A DNA stretch of 64,000 bases from Eledone cirrhosa (Eukaryota). The stretch is taken from positions 387,314,001-387,378,000 of the forward strand of contig OZ024741.1 of NCBI GenBank assembly GCA_964016885.1. Reading direction: 5' to 3'. Positions 52,751-64,000 of this stretch are shown one piece after another. Both the position numbers and the translations under genes were made by a program. The first letter of the stretch is position 1. Each line of letters opens with the position of its first letter. Under the pieces are notes generated by a model. It was not told where the DNA came from and ran no database searches. It worked only from the letters and a program-made list of their open reading frames with translations.

Positions 52751-54999
52751 ACTTAATTCTAAATATCTGATGATTGCTATGGTTACCAAAGACAATTTCA
52801 GAAGACAGATTAAAAACCAAACTTTAATTATTCAGTTTACTCAAACTGTTCAGTTTTTTTCATTGAGTTCTTTACTGAATATTTTTTTTTTTACTTTATT
52901 TTTAAAGTATTTTTAAAATTTTGTTTTGTTACATTTCTGAATCAAAATCTTGTCTTAACCTAAGATATGGAAGGCTAAGGGATATAGTGTCTGTTTGTTA
53001 TGGTATCCATAAAAAAAATAAACAAAATATGTAACAAATACAAATAAACTACAAATAATGTGTGGCCTAATTGATTAAGGCATGAACGTCTCTGTTGTGA
53101 TGTGTAGTAGATTAGCTGATTTCATACTTCCCCACTCTCCCTATTAACGAAATTGGGCTCCAGTGAAAATCAAACCAGTATACAATATTTTACCACCACC
53201 ATCAACACGCCCACGTAACTTTGTTTTATTGAAATTGAACTCTTTCACACTGCTGTGAAAAGCTATTTTGTTATATATATACTGTATGCATAATTTTTAC
53301 TCTCTGATGATTTTCATAATTAATCTTGATTGTAATGAGTTATTAACGTTTGACTTGTGCCAAGGTTATTAGTGTAATCTAGTTAAGGTAATATTTGAAC
53401 ATCAGTCATCATTTTCCAACTCAGATCTTTTGAGTTTGATAGTATTAATCCTTGTGATACCAACTCATCCAAAACTGCATCTGCTTCTATGAAATAAAAC
53501 CAACCATTTTAAAAGGTTCTTTAAATTATTACTTTCCAACATAATTTTATATAAAAACATTTTGTTATGTTACAAAATACCATCTTAATGAAATTAAGAT
53601 ATTTTGTAAATCCTTTTCTAAGTCTTCATTAATTAATGAAAATGTAAAGTATTTCATTAGAAATCATCATCTTTATCAGTCGTTTTTACATACATTTTTC
53701 CATGCTTGCATGGGTTGGACAGGTCCTCAGCACAGCATCTCTTCCTCATTTCCTGTGTGTCTCTGTGATTTGAGGTCAGCTTTCACAACCTCTGTCCAGG
53801 TCTTTCTTGGTCTACCTCTACTGTAGTTATATGGTTACGAAAGTGGTAATATTGTCATCCAGTTACTGCTACTGTGAGGTGAGTGACACCTCATTATATA
53901 ACAATTAGTCTTTCATTGAGGCTTTCAATTTTTTTGTTTCTATAATGTCATAGACATTGTCTCCCATTGGAAATCATCTTCATCACCATTTAAAAATGGA
54001 CGTTAAACAGTGATGATGATGATGATGATTATGATTTCCAATGGAAGACAATTTCTATGATTTTTAAATCATTTTGAAAATAATGAAGAATTCAGAGTGA
54101 TTTTGTAAAATAACTAATTTTCTCATTATTAAGTTAGTATTTGAAGGGAAACTTAACATAGGTGCTTATATAAAATTATGATGGAATGTTTTTAGATAAA
54201 TATAGACACCTTAAAATAAAGTTTAGTATCATAGAATCAGGGTTGCTTTCAGGCAGTTTGGTATCAAAAGGGTTAATAATCAGAGCAGTCTTCAATTGGT
54301 CTCATGTTTTGTTGGCCAAGAACAAAGACTTTTCATTACCATAAACATGTTAAACACACAGACACACACAAAATGTCATGTTGCAATTTGTGTAAATATT
54401 CTAACTGAACTTGGTAAGCCACCATGACAAAATAAATCAGTAGTCTCTTAAAGATAAATTCTTTAAATTTAGTTTTCTCTGATGATTTGCCCTAAATATT
54501 GATATAGTTATTGGTTTGACAACTGAGACCCAGTTTGTAATGTAGATGGCTAATGGGGCTCCCCCTACCTGTGGCATGGCTAGTTATGGTGTCATTGCTA
54601 CATAGTTAACCTTGCTAGGCTCCTGCTGTCATCTAGATGTATTGGCTTCCATCGAAGCTTCACATATTTCTTTTTTTCATGTACATTTTTTAAAATAATA
54701 TTCTTGACAAACAATTTTTCATAGGGAGAAAAAAGAAAAAAAGCTTTTACTTGAAGTTTAGTAGATTAATAATCACTGTTAAAAATGTCAAATCACCCTT
54801 CCTTTTCAGGCCAATAAATGCCCCCCTTCTCATATACAACTGTCTTGTGTTTTCATTCTTTTATTTCTGTGGTTATTATATATTCAGGTAATTGAGATTG
54901 AAGTTCTATGATGATACAAAGACATTACCTTGTTCTAAATATATTTTACATAAAAAGAAACACTGCCAGGAGGGGAAGGGAGATCATGTTAACTCCCAG

Positions 55000-55400
55000 A
55001 TTCATCACCATCACATTTCTATTTTCCATTCATGGGTTACATGGGTGGTCATGTTATGAGGCTAGACAGTTCAGCTGACCATGTCTTGCTCTATTTTTGG
55101 CTTGGTTCCTGCAGCTGGATGCTCTTTGCAATGTCCACCGCTTTACAGCATGTACTGGGAGCATTTTGTTTCTGGCACTACCATCTTACAGGGTTCTTTG
55201 TATCAAAGCAACAGCACTACCACCTTACAGGGTGTTGCTTTTTTCAGCACTATCACTTAACAGGTTGGAATGGGTGCTTCTTGTCATGTCACCAACACTA
55301 CCACCTTATAAGGCGAACTCGTTGCTTTTTTTATGGCACTATCACTTTACAAGTAGACTGGGTAGTTTTTTTTTTAAGGCACCAGCACTATAGCCTTACA
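55000..55400 (-). mobile_element. old RTE 3'UTR with ~45-bp tandem subrepeats; opposite-strand relative at 55900-56185
   Basis: Recurrent CAGCACTACCACCTTACAGG units; RTE terminus ACCCATG..TGGAAAA. Confidence 0.6.
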
Positions 55401-56899
55401 GTGCAGAGGTTTAAATAAATAGATATAATTGCATTAGCATAATTTATAGATTTTTTAAAGTTATGAAACTAAATAAATATGACAAAACTAAATGACTTAA
55501 TGAGATTTAATTTAAAGGTTGGGAATAGGTAAGGAATGTGCCCTGATGATGCTGAGTTGCTGCATACTCAGATCATTGCCAACAACTATGAGCTTGTACG
55601 ATATGCTAAAAATAGCAGCAAAATTTCAGGAATTAAAAGGAAAGTACACATTTGGACAATGTAGTTTGGGGTATACAAAAAGATAATCACAACTGAAGAA
55701 ATGGATACTGAACCTCACGATGCTAAGCCTCATTAGATTAGCATATAAGTGGCTGAGTATTCAACATATGTGGAATACTTAACATGGCACAAAGTTGGGG
55801 TGGTGAATTATAGGTATATCTTAAGGGTTTCTACAGTGTTTCTGTTTTATTATTGGGTCATCTTGAAGCTATGGTAAAAGACATGAACATTGCACTGCAT
55901 GGTAACATGAGAAAAAGCACCCAGTCCACCCTGTAAGGTAGTTGTGCTGGTGACACGAAAAAAGGTGCCCAGTCCACCCTCTAAGATAGTCGTGTTGGTG
56001 ACATGGGGAAAAAAGCACCCTGTCCACACTGGTGGGCATTAGGAAGGTATCCAGCTGTAGAACTCAAGCCAAAATACAGATCCATATAAGCAAGATGTGG
56101 TCTCCAAACCTGACTTGTCTTGTAGTGACAACCCGTCTAACCCATGCAAGTATGGGAAATGGATGTTAATTGATGATGGTGGTGATACACAAGCATCATC
56201 AATCTACCTTTCACTCAGAGAGAGAATCCTTTTTATACCAGCAGAGGTAACAACTCCGAACTATTTCCACCTTGCTCTTATTCTAATATACTTTCAGAGA
56301 ACCCTCCTCGGCTATTAGGTCACTGATATTTCTTTATGGAGAATCTCTTGGATCTAGTTTGTAATTGGCTTTGTTTTAACCCTTTAGCATTTAAGATGGC
56401 TGTATCCAGCTAGAATTCTCTCACCTCTTTCTGTTCAAACTGACCACAACTGGCCATTCATACCAATGTTAAGGTCTTGTTCTCAAAATCTCATAGCTTC
56501 AATATTATGTAAGATGAAAATACAACAGTAAATATAGAATAATGTAAATGCTTAAGGGTTGAATGTATTAGTTAAGCATTCAATGGTCTTATTCTCTGGA
56601 GTGTATTATTTACGTATAGAGAGACATTCAGTGATTACTTTGCATTTATTCTAGGTGTTTGGCAGTCCTATTTGCGTATTTACATCAACCACTTCTATTG
56701 AGCATTAGAAAGATTTCATTTTATTGGTGCTCTAACTGCTGACTTCTATATATCTGCCATATAAACCCTGTTAGTCTGCCAGTGTACATTGAATACAAAA
56801 TATGGATATAGCCATTTCCCTGATGATAGTTTTTATCTTCTCTCCTACTTACTAAAAACTTTAGTCTTTCTAAGTTTATTTCAAGTTTTTTTTTAATTC

Positions 56900-57240
56900 T
56901 AAATTTTATTTTCATGTCTGGATCTTTGAGATCCAGTTATAAGAACCAGGTCATCAGCATACAGAAATTCTTATGGACAACCAGTTTTAAATTCCTCTGT
57001 AATGGCCTGGAGAATTATAATAAACAGAAGTGGGCTGAATATGAGCCCTGATGTATTCCTACATGTACCTTGAATACCTCACTATTTTTATTTCCTACTC
57101 TCACAAGCCATTTTTCAGATGAAAGATCATTGTACTCTGTCAAAGGCCTTCTCTAGATATAGGAGCTTTTCTTATAGTTGTCTCATTAAAAAGAGGGCAA
57201 CTGTAGTGCTCCTCTCTGGCACAAAAACAAACTGCATAGG
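56900..57240 (-). mobile_element. degenerate RTE RT fragment
   Basis: GIHQGSYSAHFCL..FKTGCP*EFLYADDLVL. Confidence 0.75.
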
Positions 57241-57889
57241 TGTTAAACTCAATTAGTTCCCTGATCTAGCCCTTCAGTGCCATTAGCAGAGTCCACTCTT
57301 TTACAACCATTCAAACCAGGTTTCCAGTTTGAGGATACCTTGAAAATGTTCATCGGTGCTGCCCTTCCCTCCCTGACTAAACTAAAATAGTTTAGAAAAA
57401 ATAAAAAAAATTTTTTTAGCCAAGTTTAATCTGGTCCCCTTTTGGTTCTAAGTTCTGTTTCCACTGCCAAGGCTTGGAGGACTACGATAAACAGGACATG
57501 GCTGAAGAGCAAGCCTTGATGTACACCCATCTGCACACAAAATTCTTCACTGAAATTATTATATACTTATCTATGCCTTATGGGGTCTTGAAAGAAACAT
57601 TAAATTACTGTTTTGCTGAAGTCCCATTTTTTCATACAGGATTTTGGAGAACCTTTTCAGAAAAATTGTACATTTGACCAAAGTTTCTTCCATCTCTAGT
57701 ATAGAGGCTCATTTATTGGTTCAAATAAAAAACACATCTGGTGCTAATTAAGAATTACAATTATAAAATGTCTGCAAAATTTTATTTAAATCATTGCTAA
57801 AGTTTACAACAATCCTCATTTAATCACCATTCCAGTATGTTGAGAAATTAAACAAAGTTTCTTAGATTAAACAATTTAGAATTTAATAA

Positions 57890-58340
57890 CAGCAATGTGC
57901 CAGCTTCAGCATTCAGTAATCAGAAGGGAGGTAGCTGTAAAAGCCAAACTCGCTATCTTCAATTTGCTATTCATACCAATCCTTACTTATGGTAATGAAT
58001 CTCAGGTAATGACTGAAAGAATACAATTGCGAATACAAGCGGCTAAAATGGGATTCCTCCTAAGGGTCTTTGGAGTAACATTAACTGATAGAGTGCATAG
58101 CTCGGAGTTATTCCAGGTAGAGCTGTTAGTTCTCCGAAATGAGAGATCATAACTCCGGTACTATGGGCATGTGGTTAGAATCGCTGGACAGATTTTACAA
58201 GCAAAATCAACCAGCAGGAGTAGACCCTGTGCAAGATGGTTGGATAACATCCATGAGCTTGGCTGTTCTCGATTGGAAATGATTGCTTCTGTGAGGACTC
58301 TGCCCCTACAACCCTCTCAGGAACAAGTGGGCGAAGAAGA
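57890..58340 (+). mobile_element. Expander/Rex3-like RTE C-terminal fragment
   Basis: AKLAIFNLLFIPILTYGNESQVMTERIQLRIQAAKMGFLLRVFGVTLTDRVHSSE..LRNERS*LRYYGHVVR. Confidence 0.75.
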
Positions 58341-58649
58341 TATCTAGGTATAATCCAACCTTTGCTTACAGGGAAAACAGAAGTTAAATGATGATGTTAG
58401 AGAGTTGGATTAAATGACTTTGTTCTGCCTCTCTCAGTTCAAATCCCATTGAAATAAACTTTGCCTTTCATCCTTTCAAGGTCAATGAATTGATGGAATT
58501 GGACAGAATGCTTTGCAGTATCTGATCTGGCTCTGTGGATTCCAAGTTTAAATAAGGTATAAACAGGATTTGAGACTTGTAGATATTATCAACAACGGAA
58601 ACGTCTTTGGTCCAATCTTAGAATCAACTCCTTTCCTTTCTTGGAGAGC

Positions 58650-59115
58650 ATAATAGCTAGAATAAGGACAGGGGAAGAAGTTGAGGGAACTGCTACCTCT
58701 GCTAACAACAACAGGTCAGCTGAATGATACCTGTGTGGCATGCTACATGGTAGTGAGAACAGACTACGTGGAGGCTGGAGAGAAATGAGGCAAGCGAGCT
58801 TCGATAGATGTGCAATGTTAATGTGTGAGAATGCCAAAGCATGGATGAACTGAGTACACGAGGAATCAGAAGTAGTGTGTAGGAAAGGAGGGACATGTGC
58901 ATGGATGATGATTGCTGAGTGAAGATATGCAAAATAATATCAGTGGAGGGAGCCACGATAATTACCTGGATATTTGAGGTGTTAGCTGATCTCAGATTGC
59001 TAAAGCTTGTAGAGGAGATGACAAAGGGACATGATAAGTAGAGAGAGTTGCTGTACTGCGAAGGACCTGTTCAACCCAATGCAAGCATTGAACAATGGAC
59101 GTAAAATAATGATGA
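58650..59115 (+). mobile_element. highly degenerate RTE-B-like 3' part
   Basis: ELLPLLT..MLHGSE..LERNEAS remnants; RTE terminus GGACGTAAAATAATGATGAT. Confidence 0.7.
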
Positions 59116-61094
59116 TTTATACAACAGTTTAAAAAATGCTAACTTTATTCTTGTAAAAAAAAATTGCACAATAATGTTTACAAAAAGGAAGATGGCTTGT
59201 CTCAAAATATAGTTTGGAGAAGAAACCTCCAAAAGTTAATAATTTAAATAAAGGTAGGTTTGCCATTTTGTGTAGCAGATCTTTGAAACTGAGTCTCTTT
59301 TATACTACATTCAGTTAGTACTTTATTGATACCTGTGCAGGTGGTCTAGATATATTCTTTATATATATATATATATAGTTTTAAACTGTACTTCAGGAAC
59401 GCTAGTAAGGATGAACTGCAGAGGAGGTCTATGTATATTTACATATATATAGTTTCAAATTGTACTTCAGGAACGCTGGTAAGGATGATTGCTTGATGCT
59501 GCTTTGATGTTGGTCTTGATAGTGCTTGGAGCTTTAGAAATATTTGTGGAAGCTGGAAAAAAAAAAAAAATCTAGGTTATTTTGAGAGCACAATATGTGA
59601 AAATCACATCAGGTGTCTGACAACAGATCCCACCCATATTTCAAAACTGACCTGGAGCTAAATAATAATAAATCATATAGTTAGGAAGGAGCAGCTCTAT
59701 GACTAAATACTTTCTAGCCATCATCAATATCTCTTTTTTCAGACTGTATTATTCAATATTTTCTTTGACCTTCAAGATAATGTGGTACAGCCAGAAACTC
59801 CTATACAGGCAAGACATGGTCACCCAACCCAACTTGCCCCAAATGGGACAAACACATCTAACCCACACTAGCATGGAAGATAGCTATTAAAAGATGTTGA
59901 TAACTGGTCATGGTGTCACAACAAAAAGCCCCAGTACAAGCTGTAAATGTGGTTGGTGTTAGGAAGGGTATCCAGCTGTAGAAACGGTGATGATATATGT
60001 ATATATATATAAAGGTAAAAATCTCATATTTATAGGGAGGATTGTGAAAAATATATACAAGGGCTGTTCATACAGGGATTCAGCTCACCAGGAACTTGAC
60101 CATACACTCACATATCCACCTTTATCTGTATTTCCCAAAATCTAATTATCAGGAAGCTATATTGTGCAGCATACAAAAGGTATATAAGCAGGATCTATGT
60201 GAGTTGTGGTAGCCCTATAACTTTCAGGTTGTACTAGTACCATTTGAAGACAATTTCTCTTTGTAGTTAAATTCTTTTGACACCAATTCACTCACCCAAA
60301 CCTATGAAATAAAACCATCTATCACAGTTAATTAATTTCCATGAAAACAAGACCAGTTTCAGGTTTTGTTATATAGAGTATTCAGCTAGATAGCCATATA
60401 TATTTACAGAACATCTTAGGATTCAGTCATACATATTCAGAATACTTAAAACACAACATATACCTAATGGGAAAAAAAGAAATGTATTAAAACTATGTGT
60501 TAACTTACTCTGTGGTTTCTGAGTCTGTGGCTGATTATTAATGTTGTTATTCTGATGAGAATTTTCAGAACGCCGAGGTGTTGCTTGTTTAAGGCCTTTT
60601 CCAATAGTAATGGCTTGAATTAGGGAGGTGGTGTCAGCCATTGATGATGTCTGTGGTTGTGCTGATTTTTGATCTGAAGTTGAAAGTGAAGAATAGTTCA
60701 TTTTAAGCAGATGCATGTCACACGAGGTGACCAGAAAGGGCATCTGGCCATAGTACATTGCTTCAAAAATAACTCCCTGATGAGTATGTAGACTATTATT
60801 GTTCTTCAAAGAGAAACTGGTGTAATATTCACCTCCAAAGTGAAAACATTTTAGCACCTTATTTACGTAGAATTTTGAAGTTGGTGAAAATTGACCTCGA
60901 ATATAAGCAGACTCCCATATTTTTCAGCTTATATACCAGTATATATGGTATGTTATGGGTTCAGCTGTCAGAAGAATATTCAAATACGTACACATTAATT
61001 CCAAGAGCAGGCTGTTAGTTGCTTAAACAACTGTAACATTCATCATGGAAACCAATAGAAATCCATTCCTTCTTTCATTTCTTTAGCTCTCTCA

Positions 61095-61250
61095 AAGACA
61101 CACACATACACCAATATAGACACATACACACCAATATCCAGGTGCACACACACACCAATATACAGGTACACACCAATATACAGGCATACACACACACAAA
61201 TATACAGGCATACACACACACACACTCCAATATACAGGCACACACACAAT
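61095..61250. repeat. (ACACCAATATACAGGC..) minisatellite
   Basis: About seven diverged units. Confidence 0.75.
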
Positions 61251-61734
61251 AGATACTTACTTGCTTCACTTTCCCATTCTTCTCGAGCAGAATTAATGAT
61301 GTCAATAATGTTGCTGGTGATTTTATTTAGAGAGTTGAGTTGTTTCTGAAATATAAATATTCTGCTGAGATCACTTATCTTAGTAATGGAATTATAATTT
61401 CAAGGTAGTGAATTTGGCAGTCATTAGAGCATTGGAGAGATTTGTTTCAGGTCTGCATTCTGAGATCAAATCCCACAGCAGTCCACTTTCACTTTCAGGG
61501 TTGATAAAGAAATTACCAGACCAGTGTTAATACAGCCCTACTTTCCTTCCAGTTGTCATATCTTGAATGTTCTGCTGGATCAAAGAAAGGAGTGGGGGTG
61601 TCAAGAAGGCGTTTGTACCTACATGTGCACCTAAAACCCTTAGTGAAAGCATGGTATATACTACAAAATCATACCTGTTTGCGCTATAGTAGTAATTTCA
61701 ATTATAACTTCATAACATTGTTGCCAATGCATAG

Positions 61735-63030
61735 AAGCAGCAATAGCTCACAGGAAACAAGCTCCATAGAAGTAGTTGACAGCTTTTGTGATCTGGGTGA
61801 CCAGATAAAGCATAGCTTGAAATCAAAAGGCCTTACTTGACAAAGACTAAAGACCTAGTAAGTAGAAAGGATACAGGGCCTTGTTCTGTGACTAGAAATT
61901 TCATCCTATGTCCTCAATGCTAACTATGGGTACACAAGTAATGTGGGATCTCGGATAGGCTAGCAAAGAACATAGGTTTTATATGTGGAAGATGTACAGG
62001 AGCAGTAAATAGCAAAAGCTCACAAGAAATAATCTCTATTAAATGCTCAGAGGGCTCTATAGAAGTAGTTGATAGCTTCTGTTACCTGGGTGGCCAAATT
62101 AGCAATAGAAGTGGGTGTTCTGTAAGTACAGTAGCTAGAGTAAGAATGGGAGGGAAAAAGTTCACGGGACTACTACTACCGCTGCTAGCTACAAAAGGTT
62201 TTTACATCAAAATGAAAAGCAGAATGCATGACGCTTGTGAACAAACAGCAATATTGAATGAAAGTGAGACCTGGGTGCTGTGTGCAGAGAACCTGCAAAG
62301 ATTACAAAGAAATGAAGCTTGCATGCTCCGATGGATATGTAATAGTAGTGTGCATGAATGGTGAAGCATCAATAAACTGAGAGAGAAACTGCGAATAAGA
62401 GAGATGCAGTGTACAGGAAAGGAGATTGCATTGGTATGGAGGATGACAGCTATATAAAAAGGTGCAGGAAGCTGAAGGAAACTAAGAAAGAGGAAGACCT
62501 TGGAAAGCTTGGGATGAAGTGATAAAAACTGACCTTGCACAAACCTCACAAAAGTGATGACACAAGATCAAGATTTCTGGCGATATGCAGTACTGCAGAA
62601 GACCCACTTTCCCATGTGCACAGGATGAAACAAACATCCAATAGTTTCCAAACACCACTCATACACATTTCCATATCTTAATACCCCCCCCCCCCCCCCC
62701 CTCTTCACCAGCTGAGTATCCCACTATAGACCTCCCACACTCACCTCTGCCACCCACCCTCCAAACCCTGCCTTTCACACCCCCAACCATACCATGCATA
62801 CAAGCATAGAAAGTTGGATGTGCTCCACACCTGCTCTACCGCAGTGCTGCTGCTATGACAATAAGCAAAAAGCACTTAGTTCACCCTGTAAGGTTGTGCT
62901 GGTGACAAAAAAGCCCCCAGTGTACCCTGTTAGTTGGTTGGGCTGGTGACACAACAAAAAGCACTTATTTCACTCTGTAAGGTGGCCATGCTGGTGACAA
63001 GACAAAAAGCTCCCAGTCTACCCTGTAAGA
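61735..63030 (+). mobile_element. old RTE-A-like copy with decayed PHD and 3'UTR subrepeats
   Basis: LCPQC*LWVHK..ICGRC..EGSIEVVDSFCYLG..LQRNEACMLRWICN. Confidence 0.85.
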
Positions 63031-63789
63031 GGTGTGTATGAAAGGCAAAGCTAACCGCAGCAGGATTTGAACTCAGAACGTAAATGGCCATACCTTCATG
63101 CTGTAAAGCATATTGTCCAATGCTCTACCGATACTGTCAATTCACCACCCTATTTATTAATTAATAATAACACATTAAGGGTTTAACAGTAAGAAGACAC
63201 CAAATAAAAAAGAATATATAAAGAAATTGTTTTAACCTTTCTGATAATAACCTGGCCAAAACCAGCTTTGGCTCTACAAAATAAACCTACACATTTTAAA
63301 AGATTCCTAATTAAATAAAAATCTTCTAAACTAACTCTATATAATAACCATATGTTAAATTATAATATTAATCAAATAATTAATAATTTTAAAGCAATTT
63401 GAAGGTGTTGATGTGTCACCAGTTATTTACCTGTCCCTTTCAGGTAAATAACAGGTGACACACCAACATCTTTGTTACCTTCAATTTATTCTAGAATCTA
63501 CTGTCCACTTTGTATTATTGTCGCCTTCAAATAACATACTACTTTATACACTAACAATGATTCAAGCAAACTACAACACCCGAATAATTTTAGTAAATCC
63601 TTAAAATCCTTCATTAATTAACTAAAATAGAGGGTATTTTATTAGAGATATAGCCATGAAATGGTTAACAATATCTAGAACATTGAAATTCAAATAAAAT
63701 ATATAAAAATATATGGAAGAATAAGAAAAAATATTGTAAAATATAAATTATCAACAAATAGAGCTGAATGAGTAGAAGTATATTGGGAG

Positions 63790-64000
63790 ATCTCAGCTCC
63801 AAAACTACGGACATGTGCTTAGAATGTCTCGGGAAAGAATCGCTGGACAGATTTTACAGGCAGAACCAACTGGCGAGAGACCCAGGGGTAGACACAAAAC
63901 AAGATGTTTGGATAACATCCATGAGCTCAGCTGGTCTCACTTGGAGATCCAGCTGGATCAATTGGAGACAGTTGATTCTGACTGAATCCACTGGAAAGAG
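63790..64000 (+). mobile_element. Expander/Rex3-like RTE 3' fragment, cut by the window end
   Basis: YYGHVLRMSRERIAGQILQAEPTGERPRGR..RCLDNIHEL. Confidence 0.75.

Overview
AT-rich eukaryotic genomic DNA. The repeat repertoire (RTE LINEs with (GAT)n tails, tRNA/CORE-type SINEs, Penelope-like elements, very long (TA)n tracts) suggests a coleoid cephalopod, probably Octopus; this is inference. The first ~21 kb is a nest of transposons inside (TA)n/(TACA)n microsatellites, with a 200-N gap at 11146-11345. It holds several 5'-truncated copies of two RTE subfamilies, one near-full-length but disabled APE-RT copy, a DD37D maT transposon relic, SINEs and MITEs. From ~21 kb onward the sequence is intron/UTR-like with old repeats. 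It also carries the probable last three coding exons of an unidentified + strand host gene (25552-25626, 31713-31831, 38629-38751, ending ...NYRKSEAV*). Main observations: (1) both RTE subfamilies carry a complete C4HC3 PHD finger inserted inside the reverse transcriptase; (2) the young RTE/SINE copies sit in (TA)n tracts; (3) at least five hammerhead ribozyme motifs occur at Penelope-like termini, including one intact motif with a long stem II insert and a covarying minimal pair; (4) SINEs are modular, with a directly visible LINE partner; (5) there are several long fold-back elements. All the long poly-(IY) ORFs are microsatellite artefacts.
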